Source: Mycolicibacterium smegmatis (lineage in GTDB: Bacteria > Actinomycetota > Actinomycetes > Mycobacteriales > Mycobacteriaceae). Taken from it: a stretch of 32,000 nucleotides of DNA. The translations under genes were made by a program, and so were the position numbers. The notes under the pieces were generated by a model that did no database searches, was not told the origin of the DNA, and saw only the letters and a list, made by a program, of their open reading frames with translations. The stretch lies in NCBI RefSeq assembly GCF_001457595.1, contig NZ_LN831039.1, positions 4,260,001-4,292,000 of the forward strand, in the 5' to 3' direction. Below are positions 18,413-27,309 of the stretch, one piece after another. Within the stretch, counting starts at the first letter, position 1. Each line of letters starts with the position of its first letter.

Positions 18413-21111
18413 TGACCGAACGCACATTTCCCCTCCCGCACGTTCCATTCGGCAGCAACAACGCCATACGGCCCATAAACTCGGTTTCCATGTCGCGGCA
18501 GTGGCAACTGCTGGACCGGCCCGACGAAATCGACGCGATCCGCTCTGCCCTCGAAAGCACCGACACCTGCGGTGTGGTGCTGGTCGGCGCGGCCGGGGTC
18601 GGAAAGACGACCCTGGCCCGCACCGTCACGTCCGCATTGACCAACAAGGTGCATTGGACCGCGTGCACCGAATCCTCTCGCAGCATTCCGTTGGGTGCAT
18701 TCGCCCACTGGGTCGGTGCGACCGCGTCGCGCGATCCGATCGCGCTCTTGGCCTCGGCGCGCGAATCCCTGGTCGCTGACGGCGATGTGGTCGTCGGCGT
18801 CGACGACGCCCATCTGCTCGACCAGTTGTCGGCGACGCTGCTGCACCAGTTCGCGGTGGACCACGCGGGCCACGTGGTGGCGACCGTGCGCAACGGCGAA
18901 CCGGTGCCCGACGCCGTCACGTCGCTGTGGAAGGACGGCTACCTTCAGCGGTTCGAACTGCAACCGTTCAGCAAGCAGCAGAGCATCGCGCTCATCGAGA
19001 CCGTGCTCGGCGGAACACTCGAAGGCCTCAGCGCCGACGTGATGTGGGAATCGTCGGGTGGCAATCCGCTGTTCTTGCGCAACATGGTCGAGGGCGCGGT
19101 CGACGCCGGGACCCTCACCGAGGTCAACGGCGTGTGGCAGTTCCGCGGTCCCACCGTGATTCCGTCCGGGCTGGCCGAACTGCTCGACGACCGCCTCGCG
19201 CACGCCGGCGAGGACGTGATGAACGCCCTCAAACTGCTGTCGCTGTGCGAACCGCTGGACATCGACGCGTTCGCCGAACTCGCCGGAGAGGAGGCCGTCG
19301 ACAGCGCCGAGATGCGCGGGCTCATCCGCATCGTGACCGACGCGGGCGGCACGTTGACCGCCCGGTTCGCGCACCCCCTGTTCGCCGAGGTGGTGCGGCG
19401 CCGCGTCGGCACCGCGTCGGCGCGCAAGCTGCGCGGGCGGATCGCCAAGATCCTGCGCGACCGCGACCTGAGCACCGCCGCGAGCCGGATCCGGTTGGCG
19501 CAGTTGTGCATCGAGAGCGACCGCGGCGCCGACGTCGACCTGCTGATCACCGCGGCCAAGGACGCCGTGTTCCTGTCGAATCTGCCGCTCGGCGAACAAC
19601 TCGCACGGGCCGCGTTCGACCACGGCGGCGGCCTGCCCGCGGCCACCCTGCTGTCGCGCGCGCTGCTGTGGCAGGGACATCCCGCGCAGGCCGACAACAT
19701 CCTCGCGCGGTTCCCACCCGACCACATGGACGAGATGGAACTCGTGCAGTGGGGCATCCCGCGCCTGTCGATCCTGTTCTGGTCCATGGGCGACGTGCCG
19801 CTGGCCCACCAGGTGCTCGGTGAGCTGAACAGCCGTGTCACCCATCCGATCCTGCAGCTCATCATCGACGCCACCGAGGCGGGGATGGCCGTGCACGAGA
19901 ACCGGATCACCGAGGGCCTGGCCATCGCCGAACGTGTGCTCGCCCATCCGGAATGTCCGCGCCAGGCAACCGATTTCGCGGCGTTCGCGTGCGGGTTGGC
20001 GATGCCCGTCGCGGGCCGGGGTGAGGCGTTCCTGCCGATCGCGTCACGCTGCAGGGCGCAACGCAAGACCACCGACGGCATGATCCGGATCATGGTGTTC
20101 TACGGCGAGGTGCTCGCACTCGCCTACACCGGCCAGTTCGACCTGGCCCGGCAGCGCGCCGAGGAGTACGCCGAGTTCTCCTCGGCCGGTCAGTTCGCCG
20201 GCTGGGCGATCGCGAAGATCATGGCAGGCGCCGCGGCCATGCACAGCGGACGGTTCCGCGACGCGATCTCGGCCATCGAGCAGGCGCTGGCTGCGCTCAA
20301 CGCCGAGATCTCACTGCCGTGGCAGCTGCCGGGACGGCTGCTGCTCGCCCGCGCCTACGCCGCGGTGGGTGAGGTGATCGAGGCCGAACGCGTGCTCGAC
20401 GACGCCATGGAGCATTCCGGGGCGTTCATGGCCCTGCACGAGCCGCAGCGCACGCTCGCCAAGGCCTGCGTGGCAGCGGCCAAGGGCGCCCACCGGTCGG
20501 CGATCGACATCGCGCGGTCGGCCGCCGACCTGGCCCGTTCCTCCGAGCAGCACGCCGTGGAGGCCGAGGCGCTGCACCACTGTGCCCGGTTCGGTGACCG
20601 CACCGTCGCACGCAGGCTGCAGGGTCTGGTGGACCGGGTCGACGGACCGCTTGCGCGGCTGTACGCGCAGCACGCGGCGGCGGTGGCCGCTGCCGATCCC
20701 GTGGCGCTCGATGCCGTCTCGTCCGCATTCGAGCAGGCGGGGCTGATGCTCTCGGCCGCCGACGCGGCCGCGCAGGCGGTTTTGCTGCACGACAAGGCCG
20801 GACATCGGCGGCAGAGCACCGAATCCGCCGCCCATGCACTGCAATTGGCGGGTAGGTGCGGTGGTGCGGCCACACCAGCGATCCGGGCGGCGGCGCGTCC
20901 GCTACCGGTGACCGCGCGCGAACGCGAGGTGGCCGCGCTGGTGGCACAGGGACTGCTGAACCGCGAGATCGCCGAGCGGCTCACGGTTTCGGTGCGCACC
21001 GTCGAGGGCCACATCTACCGCGCCTGCATCAAGCTCGGGGTCGCCGACCGCGACGAGCTCGCGCGGATGATCTGGACCGACCTGACACCGCTGGAGGCCG
21101 ATCCCCGGTAA
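18412..21111 (+). CDS. Large LuxR-family (LAL/MalT-like) ATP-binding transcriptional regulator
   Basis: The N-terminal NTPase has Walker A VVLVGAAGVGKTTLART and a Walker B-like VVVGVDDAHLLDQL. The C-terminus has the LuxR HTH LPVTAREREVAALVAQGLLNREIAERLTVSVRTVEGHIYRACIKLGV. A start at the internal Met of MSRQWQLLDRPDE is an alternative. Confidence 0.9.
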   Translation: MTERTFPLPHVPFGSNNAIRPINSVSMSRQWQLLDRPDEIDAIRSALESTDTCGVVLVGAAGVGKTTLARTVTSALTNKVHWTACTESSRSIPLGAFAHWVGATASRDPIALLASARESLVADGDVVVGVDDAHLLDQLSATLLHQFAVDHAGHVVATVRNGEPVPDAVTSLWKDGYLQRFELQPFSKQQSIALIETVLGGTLEGLSADVMWESSGGNPLFLRNMVEGAVDAGTLTEVNGVWQFRGPTVIPSGLAELLDDRLAHAGEDVMNALKLLSLCEPLDIDAFAELAGEEAVDSAEMRGLIRIVTDAGGTLTARFAHPLFAEVVRRRVGTASARKLRGRIAKILRDRDLSTAASRIRLAQLCIESDRGADVDLLITAAKDAVFLSNLPLGEQLARAAFDHGGGLPAATLLSRALLWQGHPAQADNILARFPPDHMDEMELVQWGIPRLSILFWSMGDVPLAHQVLGELNSRVTHPILQLIIDATEAGMAVHENRITEGLAIAERVLAHPECPRQATDFAAFACGLAMPVAGRGEAFLPIASRCRAQRKTTDGMIRIMVFYGEVLALAYTGQFDLARQRAEEYAEFSSAGQFAGWAIAKIMAGAAAMHSGRFRDAISAIEQALAALNAEISLPWQLPGRLLLARAYAAVGEVIEAERVLDDAMEHSGAFMALHEPQRTLAKACVAAAKGAHRSAIDIARSAADLARSSEQHAVEAEALHHCARFGDRTVARRLQGLVDRVDGPLARLYAQHAAAVAAADPVALDAVSSAFEQAGLMLSAADAAAQAVLLHDKAGHRRQSTESAAHALQLAGRCGGAATPAIRAAARPLPVTAREREVAALVAQGLLNREIAERLTVSVRTVEGHIYRACIKLGVADRDELARMIWTDLTPLEADPR

Positions 21112-21116
21112 TCGGC

Positions 21117-24100
21117 TCAGTACACGTCGCGCACGTACCGCTTGTCGGCCACGAGTCCGCGTTTGTAGTCGCGGGCGGCTTCCTCCGACATGCCGCCGTG
21201 GGTGCGCAGAATCGTCGTGAGCGCGGCGTCGACATCCTTGGCCATGCGCGTCGCGTCGCCGCAGACGTAGAAGTGCGCGCCGTCGTCGAGCCAGCGCCAC
21301 ACGTCGGCGCCGTAGTCGGCCATCTTGTGCTGGACGTACACGCGGGCCTTCTGATCGCGGGAGAACGCCAGGTCCAGCCGGTTGAGCAGACCGTCGCGCT
21401 GCATGTCCTCCAGTTCGTCGCGGTAGTAGAAGTTGGCGCTGCGGTGCTGGTCGCCGAAGAACAACCAGTTGCGCCCGTGATGGCCCAGTGCGCGCCGCTC
21501 CTGAAGGAACCCGCGGAACGGCGCGATACCGGTACCCGGCCCCACCATGATCATCGGGGTCGACGGGTCCTCGGGCGGACGGAAATGCGGTGAGCGCTGC
21601 AGGAACACGGGCGCCGCGACTGCCCGGTCGGCGAGGAACGTCGAACACACGCCGCCGCGCGTGAGCCCCGTGACGCCGCGGTCACGCACCACCGACACCG
21701 TCAACTGCACCTCGTGCGGGCTCACCAGCGGGCTCGACGAGATCGAGTAGTTACGCGGTGTCAGGCGCACCAGAACTTCCTGCCACTCTTGGGGTTCGGC
21801 GCGCACCGCGAACTCGGTGACCAGGTCGAGCCCGTCGCGGTCCCTGAGCCACGGCGCGGCCCGGTCACCACGTAGCACCTTGGCGGCCGAACCGCCGCGC
21901 TGTGCGACGAAACGCACCAGATCCGGTGTCACGCGGCAGATGTCGTAGGACGCGATGAGCGCGTCGCGCAGCGACTGCTCGGTGCCGTCGACCTCCACGG
22001 CCGCGTCGGGGTCGAGCGCGGTCGCCGCCAGCCACGCGTCGACCACGGCGGGATCGTTGGTGGCGTACACGCCGAGGGAGTCGCCGACCCCGTAGCTCAC
22101 GTCGTAGTCGGAGATGTCGAAACCGAACTGCCGCACCTCTTTGGCCGAGCCGGGCGCAGTCAGCACCGTGTTGCGGGTCAGGGATGCGAGAATCGGTTTG
22201 GCCCTGGTGAATTCGTCCGGCTCGGTGGGCAGGAGGGTACCGACGGCCGGACGCCGGCCCCCGACGCGCTCGCGCGGCACGGGATCCACGCCCGTGATCA
22301 CCTCGACGACGGCGTCGACCCACTGCTGCAGGGCCGCGTCGTCGTAGACCTCGCAGTCTGCGCGGTCGATCAGCCGGGTGGCCCCGAGATCGCCGAACCG
22401 CTTGTCGAGAGCCTTGGCGTGACCGCAGAAGTCGTCATAGGCACGGTCGCCGAAACCGAGCACCGCGTAACGGACGCCGTTGAGATCGGGCGCATCCGGG
22501 CCCCGCAGGCGCCCCCAGAGGCCGGCACCGTTGTCGGGCGGGCCGCCGTCGCCGAACGTGCTGGTGACCACCAATACGTCACGGGCCGCCGCGAGTTCGT
22601 CGAGCGTGAGGTCATCCATGTTGACCAGCACACCGTCGACCGCGGCCGCGAGCTTGCCTGCGAACTTCTCGGCGTTGCCGGTCTGCGATGCCCACAGCAC
22701 CAACGGGCCGGTGGGCCGCACCGCGACCGGGTCGATGGTGCCGACGGTGTCCGTGCGCGAATACCGGCCCGCGAGCACGCCGTCGACCCACAACCGCACC
22801 GCGGGGCGCACCGGCGCGCAGCCGGGAAGCACCGGCACGCCGGTCGGTCGATCGGGCAGACCGGTGAAGAATCCGGCGAGGTAGATCGACTCGTCGGAGT
22901 TGAGTTCGGGTTTGAGTTCGGCTGTGGGCTCGGTGATCCCGAGCTCGGCCGCCACCGACTGCGCGTGCGGAGTGCCGCCGACCGACCGTGCGGGCCGCAG
23001 GCGCACCGCGGCCACCTTGAACTCCGGCTGCAGTGAGTCGGCGTCGACGGCATCGTGGGTGACCGCGTTGACCGTGAGGTACTCGCCGTGCTCGTCGTTC
23101 CAGTGGAACGGCGCGAAGCAACTGCCCGGCCGCACCCGGTCGGTGAGCACGGCGGGCAACACGGCGCGGCCGCGCCGCGAGGCGATTTCGACGGGTTGCC
23201 CCGCGGTGATGCCGAGTTCGAGGGCGTCGACCGGATGGATCTCGACGAACGGGGACGGGTTGAGCTTGTTGAGCCTGGGCACCTTGCCGGTCTTGGTCAT
23301 GGTGTGCCACTGGTGCTGCAGCCTGCCGGTGTTGAGCACCATTGGATAGGCGTCGTCGGGCAGTTCCGACGAGTCCGTGTGGGGCCGGGGATGAAACACC
23401 GCGCGCCGTGACGGGGTGGGGAACGCCAGCCGGGGACGGTGCCCGTCGGCTTCGGTGTGCAGATGCTGACTGACGCCGTCGTTGACATAGCGGATCGGGT
23501 GGCGGTCCGGCCCGCCGCCGGATACGTCGGTGGGCGGGCACGGCCACTGCAGGGGCGTCTCACGCAGCCGCTCGTAGGTGACCCCGCGAAGGTCGTATCC
23601 TGTTGCGGCATTGGAGAACCGGCGAATCTCGTCGAAGATCTCCTCGGCGCTGCCGTACCGGAAGTGCTCACCGAAGCCGAGGTGCTCGGCGACCGCGCAG
23701 ATCAACTGCCAGTCTGGGCGGGCATCCCCGACCGGTGCCACGCTCTGCGGCAGCAGCGTGAGATTGCGCTCCGAGTTGACCATGACGCCTTCGGACTCGG
23801 CCCACAGCGCGGCAGGCAGCACGATGTCGGCGTAGTGGTTGGTGGCCGTGGAGCGGTACGCGTCCTGTGTCACGACGAGTTCGGCGGATTCGAGGCCGTT
23901 GATGACGGTGATCCGGTTGGCCACGCTGGCAACGGGATTGGTGCAGATGATCCAGCACGCCTTGATCTCGCCGGCGGCCATCTGCTCGAACATGCCCACG
24001 GTGCCTGGGCCGACGTCCGACCGGATGGTTCCCGGCTCCAGTCCCCACGCGGTTTCGACGAACGCGCGGTCGGCGTCCGAGAGCACTGAACGCTGCCCCG

Positions 24101-25181
24101 GCAGACCCGGCCCCATGTAACCCATCTCGCGGCCACCCATGGCGTTGGGCTGGCCCGTCAGCGACATGGGGCCGCTGCCCGTGCGGCAGATGGCGCCCGT
24201 CGCGAGGTGCAGGTTGCAGATCGCGTTGGTGTTCCAGGTGCCGTGCGTACTCTGGTTGAGCCCCATGGTCCAGCAACTCATCCACTCACGGGCGTCGGCG
24301 ATCATGCGGGCCGCGGTGCGGATGTCGTCCTCGCGCAGTCCGGTGATCTCGGCGACCCGGTGCGGCGGGTAGTCGGCCAGGAATTCCGGCATCGCCTCCC
24401 ATCCGGTCGTGTGCTCTGCGATGAACTCCTCGTCGATGTCGCCGCTTTCGACCAGCAGATGCAGCAGGCCGTTGAGCAGTGCCAGATCGGTACCCGGTGA
24501 GATCTGGAGGAACAGATCGGCGCGTTCGGCGGTCGCGGTGCGGCGCGGGTCCACCACGATGAGCTTGGCCCCGGCCTTGAGCCGGTCGGCCATCCGAAGG
24601 AAAAGGACCGGATGGCAGTCGGCCATGTTCGACCCGATGACGAAGAACAGGTCCGCGTTGTCGAAGTCCTCGTAGGAGCCCGGAGGGCCGTCGGCGCCGA
24701 GGGACTGCTTGAAACCCGTTCCCGCACTGGCCATGCACAACCGCGAGTTCGACTCGATGTGCACCGTGCGCAGAAACCCCTTGGCCAGCTTGGTCGCGAG
24801 GTACTGCGCCTCGATCGACATCTGCCCGGACACGTACACCGCGACGGCGTCGGGACCGTGCTCGTCGACGATGGCCCGCAGCCTGCGACCGGCCTCTGCC
24901 ACCGCATCGTCGACCGGGACAGGGACCAGGTCGTCCTCGTGACGCACGAGAGCCGAGGTCAGCCGGTCCTCGGCGGCAGCCATCAACTCGGCGTGCATGG
25001 CCCCCTTGGTGCACAAACGACCGAAGTTCGCGGGATGCAGCTTGTCACCCGACACGCGGGCGATGACGGTGCGGTCGCCCTGGACCGCGGTGGTCACCTC
25101 GATGCCGCACCCGACGCCGCAGTACGAACATGCGGTCCGCGTCGCGCGTGTGGTCTCGAGACCATTGGGACCATCGGCCAT
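21117..25181 (-). CDS. Fused assimilatory nitrate reductase (Mo-bis-MGD catalytic domain) with C-terminal flavodoxin and FAD/NADPH (CysJ/CPR-like) reductase domains
   Basis: The single 1354-aa ORF starts with TACSYCGVGCGIEV (4Fe-4S) and contains SRLCMASAGTGFKQSLGADGPPGSYEDF, STHGTWNTNAICNLHLATGAICRTGSGPMSLTGQPNAMGGREMG and ICTNPVASVAN. It continues into the flavodoxin motif LVLWASQTGNAEKFAGKLA, then RNYSISSSPL, IMVGPGTGIAPFRGFLQERR and FYVCGDATRMAKDVDAAL. Confidence 0.94.
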   Translation of the reverse strand: MADGPNGLETTRATRTACSYCGVGCGIEVTTAVQGDRTVIARVSGDKLHPANFGRLCTKGAMHAELMAAAEDRLTSALVRHEDDLVPVPVDDAVAEAGRRLRAIVDEHGPDAVAVYVSGQMSIEAQYLATKLAKGFLRTVHIESNSRLCMASAGTGFKQSLGADGPPGSYEDFDNADLFFVIGSNMADCHPVLFLRMADRLKAGAKLIVVDPRRTATAERADLFLQISPGTDLALLNGLLHLLVESGDIDEEFIAEHTTGWEAMPEFLADYPPHRVAEITGLREDDIRTAARMIADAREWMSCWTMGLNQSTHGTWNTNAICNLHLATGAICRTGSGPMSLTGQPNAMGGREMGYMGPGLPGQRSVLSDADRAFVETAWGLEPGTIRSDVGPGTVGMFEQMAAGEIKACWIICTNPVASVANRITVINGLESAELVVTQDAYRSTATNHYADIVLPAALWAESEGVMVNSERNLTLLPQSVAPVGDARPDWQLICAVAEHLGFGEHFRYGSAEEIFDEIRRFSNAATGYDLRGVTYERLRETPLQWPCPPTDVSGGGPDRHPIRYVNDGVSQHLHTEADGHRPRLAFPTPSRRAVFHPRPHTDSSELPDDAYPMVLNTGRLQHQWHTMTKTGKVPRLNKLNPSPFVEIHPVDALELGITAGQPVEIASRRGRAVLPAVLTDRVRPGSCFAPFHWNDEHGEYLTVNAVTHDAVDADSLQPEFKVAAVRLRPARSVGGTPHAQSVAAELGITEPTAELKPELNSDESIYLAGFFTGLPDRPTGVPVLPGCAPVRPAVRLWVDGVLAGRYSRTDTVGTIDPVAVRPTGPLVLWASQTGNAEKFAGKLAAAVDGVLVNMDDLTLDELAAARDVLVVTSTFGDGGPPDNGAGLWGRLRGPDAPDLNGVRYAVLGFGDRAYDDFCGHAKALDKRFGDLGATRLIDRADCEVYDDAALQQWVDAVVEVITGVDPVPRERVGGRRPAVGTLLPTEPDEFTRAKPILASLTRNTVLTAPGSAKEVRQFGFDISDYDVSYGVGDSLGVYATNDPAVVDAWLAATALDPDAAVEVDGTEQSLRDALIASYDICRVTPDLVRFVAQRGGSAAKVLRGDRAAPWLRDRDGLDLVTEFAVRAEPQEWQEVLVRLTPRNYSISSSPLVSPHEVQLTVSVVRDRGVTGLTRGGVCSTFLADRAVAAPVFLQRSPHFRPPEDPSTPMIMVGPGTGIAPFRGFLQERRALGHHGRNWLFFGDQHRSANFYYRDELEDMQRDGLLNRLDLAFSRDQKARVYVQHKMADYGADVWRWLDDGAHFYVCGDATRMAKDVDAALTTILRTHGGMSEEAARDYKRGLVADKRYVRDVY

Positions 25182-25214
25182 GCGGCCATGGTGGGTGGCG
25201 GGTGTTCCGTGACG

Positions 25215-25240
25215 TTTCCCGCCGGGTTATCGGCAGGAAA
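25215..25240. promoter_or_regulatory. Imperfect inverted repeat upstream of the nitrate reductase fusion gene (candidate operator)
   Basis: TTTCCCGCCG-GGTTAT-CGGCAGGAAA has 10-nt arms with one mismatch. It lies 33 nt upstream of the start codon at 25181. Confidence 0.4.
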
Positions 25241-25285
25241 ACTGATCCTCACTTCCCGGCGGTGTGCGCCGTGAGCAGGGTGCCA

Positions 25286-26458
25286 CTAACGCCTGCTGAC
25301 CCGCCAGAAGTCGGCCCATGTCGAACGGGTTTCGTAGTCGCTGACCAGGTAGCGGGGGTCGACCGGTTCGGTCTGGCCGATGAAATTCCGCACGTTCGAG
25401 GGATCGTCGGGCAGCGGTACGGTTCTGCTGGTCGAGACCTTGCCATCGGCCGCCAGCGGCGCGAACCCTTCTTCGGTGAACAGGTAGTGGATGTAGAGCT
25501 TCGCGGTGTTCGGGCTCTTCGATTTGGCGGCGATGGCCACGGCTGACGGGAACGCCTTCAGCGCCCACGGTTTCAGGCCGTCGCAGATCGCCATGGCGTA
25601 GCCCTTGCCCTTGACGTTGCGGAACTTCGCCATCGACACCGGCCCGATGCTCGGCGCGCTCTGGCCGGGGGCACCGACGGCCTCGGACACTTCCTCATCG
25701 GTCTTGGTCAACTGGGGATGGTTCTGCGCGAAGCGCCTGACCCATTCGTGGCCGGCGGACGGCTGGTCTGTCTTCAGCTCCGTGCCGTATCGCTCGCGGT
25801 AGAGATCACGCAGTGCCTGATCGTCGCGAAGGCTCAGCTCGTTGAACCATGTCATGTACTTGGGGTTGCTCAACGGGTCGGCCATGGCGACCCGCCCGCT
25901 CCATTCGGGTTCGGTGAGCTGCCAGATGTTCGACACCGGGCACCGGTCGTAGACCGCGTTGTTGTACACCCATCCGAACGTGCCTTGATGGACCAGCAGC
26001 GGGTACCGCTCGTCTTCTGATATGTCGTCGCGCACATCCCCTGGTACCCAGTTGACCAACACGCCCTGGTCCAACAACTCGATGGCGTAGGTGGCCAGAT
26101 CCTCGTTCACCACGACGTCGGCCACCACGTTGCCCGATTCGTGTTCGCGCACCACCTTTTCGATGGCGCCGAGCTCGACCTTGACGCCACGCGCACGAAC
26201 GCCGTACTTCTCGGCGAAGTTCTCCGCGAGCTTGACCACGGTACCGGACTGGTCGTAGACCGTGATGCCGGACTCCTTGCGGGCCGCGGCGATCAGCGCG
26301 TCGAGGTCGAAACCCTGCGGCGTCTCGTCGGGCTGGAGCGTCGCAGGAGCCGAAAGGACCTGTGGCGCCGCCCGACTGGGGTCCACACCGGGCGGGGCGC
26401 AGCCGGCGATCAGGGCCACCGCGCCGAGACCCGCCACCATGCAAGCGATCCGCGTCAC
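25286..26458 (-). CDS. ABC transporter substrate-binding lipoprotein (FbpA/AfuA/2-aminoethylphosphonate-type family)
   Basis: A lipobox is present (MVAGLGAVALIAGCAPPG). The body has ESGITVYDQSGTVVKLAENFAEKYG, VVADVVVNEDLATYAIELLDQGVLVNW and LYIHYLFTEEGFAPLAADGKVSTSRTVP. The start is GTG at 26458 and overlaps the upstream stop. Confidence 0.85.
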   Translation of the reverse strand: MTRIACMVAGLGAVALIAGCAPPGVDPSRAAPQVLSAPATLQPDETPQGFDLDALIAAARKESGITVYDQSGTVVKLAENFAEKYGVRARGVKVELGAIEKVVREHESGNVVADVVVNEDLATYAIELLDQGVLVNWVPGDVRDDISEDERYPLLVHQGTFGWVYNNAVYDRCPVSNIWQLTEPEWSGRVAMADPLSNPKYMTWFNELSLRDDQALRDLYRERYGTELKTDQPSAGHEWVRRFAQNHPQLTKTDEEVSEAVGAPGQSAPSIGPVSMAKFRNVKGKGYAMAICDGLKPWALKAFPSAVAIAAKSKSPNTAKLYIHYLFTEEGFAPLAADGKVSTSRTVPLPDDPSNVRNFIGQTEPVDPRYLVSDYETRSTWADFWRVSRR

Positions 26459-27309
26459 CGGACTGCCTCCCGCCTGCGGGTGTGCTCGTCACGGATGACC
26501 GATCCTTTACGCATGATCGGTTCGAGCAGTGTGGTGTCCGCATCCCGAACGAGCCCGAGGTAATGCGGAGCCAGGAACACATCGCGGCCCTGCACCCTGG
26601 ATCCGTCGGAATACCCGACGTAGGTGCCGCCGGCCTGTTCGAGGATGAAGCTGCCCGCAGCAACATCCCACGAGTTGGTTCCGAAGTTCAGGGTCACATC
26701 ACCCCATCCGGCGGCGACGTGCGCGAGGCTCAACGCACCGGAGCCCTTGTTGCGCACGGCCGAATAGGCTCGCACCAGGTTCGCATACTCCGTCATCGCG
26801 AACTGCTCGTCGGCTTCCAGGTCGGCAGGCATCGGAAAATGCGCCAGCATCGTCGACCGCGACGGCGCGGTGAAACCTCTCGCGTGCAGCGGTCTGCCGT
26901 TGAGGAACGCACCTGACCCGTCGGCGTGGAACATCAGATCGGCGACCGGGTCGTAAACCGCCCCGGCAACCCTCTCACCATCGACCGTCGCCCCGATGGA
27001 CACGCACCAGAAGGCGATTCCCCGTGCGAAGTTCGCAGTCCCGTCGATCGGGTCGACATACCACGTCAGTGCCGACTCACCGGTGCGTCCCCCTTCTTCG
27101 CCGACGATTGCCGACTCCGGGTGCGCATCGAGTAGCAGCCTGGCTATTTGGCGTTCGGCGGCGCTGTCGTATTCGGTCACCAGGTCGTGCATGTCGGCCT
27201 TGGTGGTGATGTCCACATCGGTGCGGAAGGCCTCCAGGAGCATCGGAGCGACATCGCGTGCGGCAGACATCGCGAGCGTCATCAGTTCGGTGGAGCGGTA
27301 GCTGGTCAT
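26455..27309 (-). CDS. Inositol monophosphatase (IMPase) family protein in the ABC cassette
   Basis: The motifs SAIVGEEGG, WYVDPIDGTANFARGIAFWCVSIG and TNSWDVAAGSFILEQAGGTYVGYSDG are the IMPase signatures. Confidence 0.93.
   Translation of the reverse strand: MTSYRSTELMTLAMSAARDVAPMLLEAFRTDVDITTKADMHDLVTEYDSAAERQIARLLLDAHPESAIVGEEGGRTGESALTWYVDPIDGTANFARGIAFWCVSIGATVDGERVAGAVYDPVADLMFHADGSGAFLNGRPLHARGFTAPSRSTMLAHFPMPADLEADEQFAMTEYANLVRAYSAVRNKGSGALSLAHVAAGWGDVTLNFGTNSWDVAAGSFILEQAGGTYVGYSDGSRVQGRDVFLAPHYLGLVRDADTTLLEPIMRKGSVIRDEHTRRREAVR

Noticed and set aside
18346-19947. 533-aa minus-strand ORF opposite the LuxR-type regulator
   Set aside because: It is a low-complexity antisense frame. 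The plus strand has clear Walker A, Walker B-like and HTH motifs.
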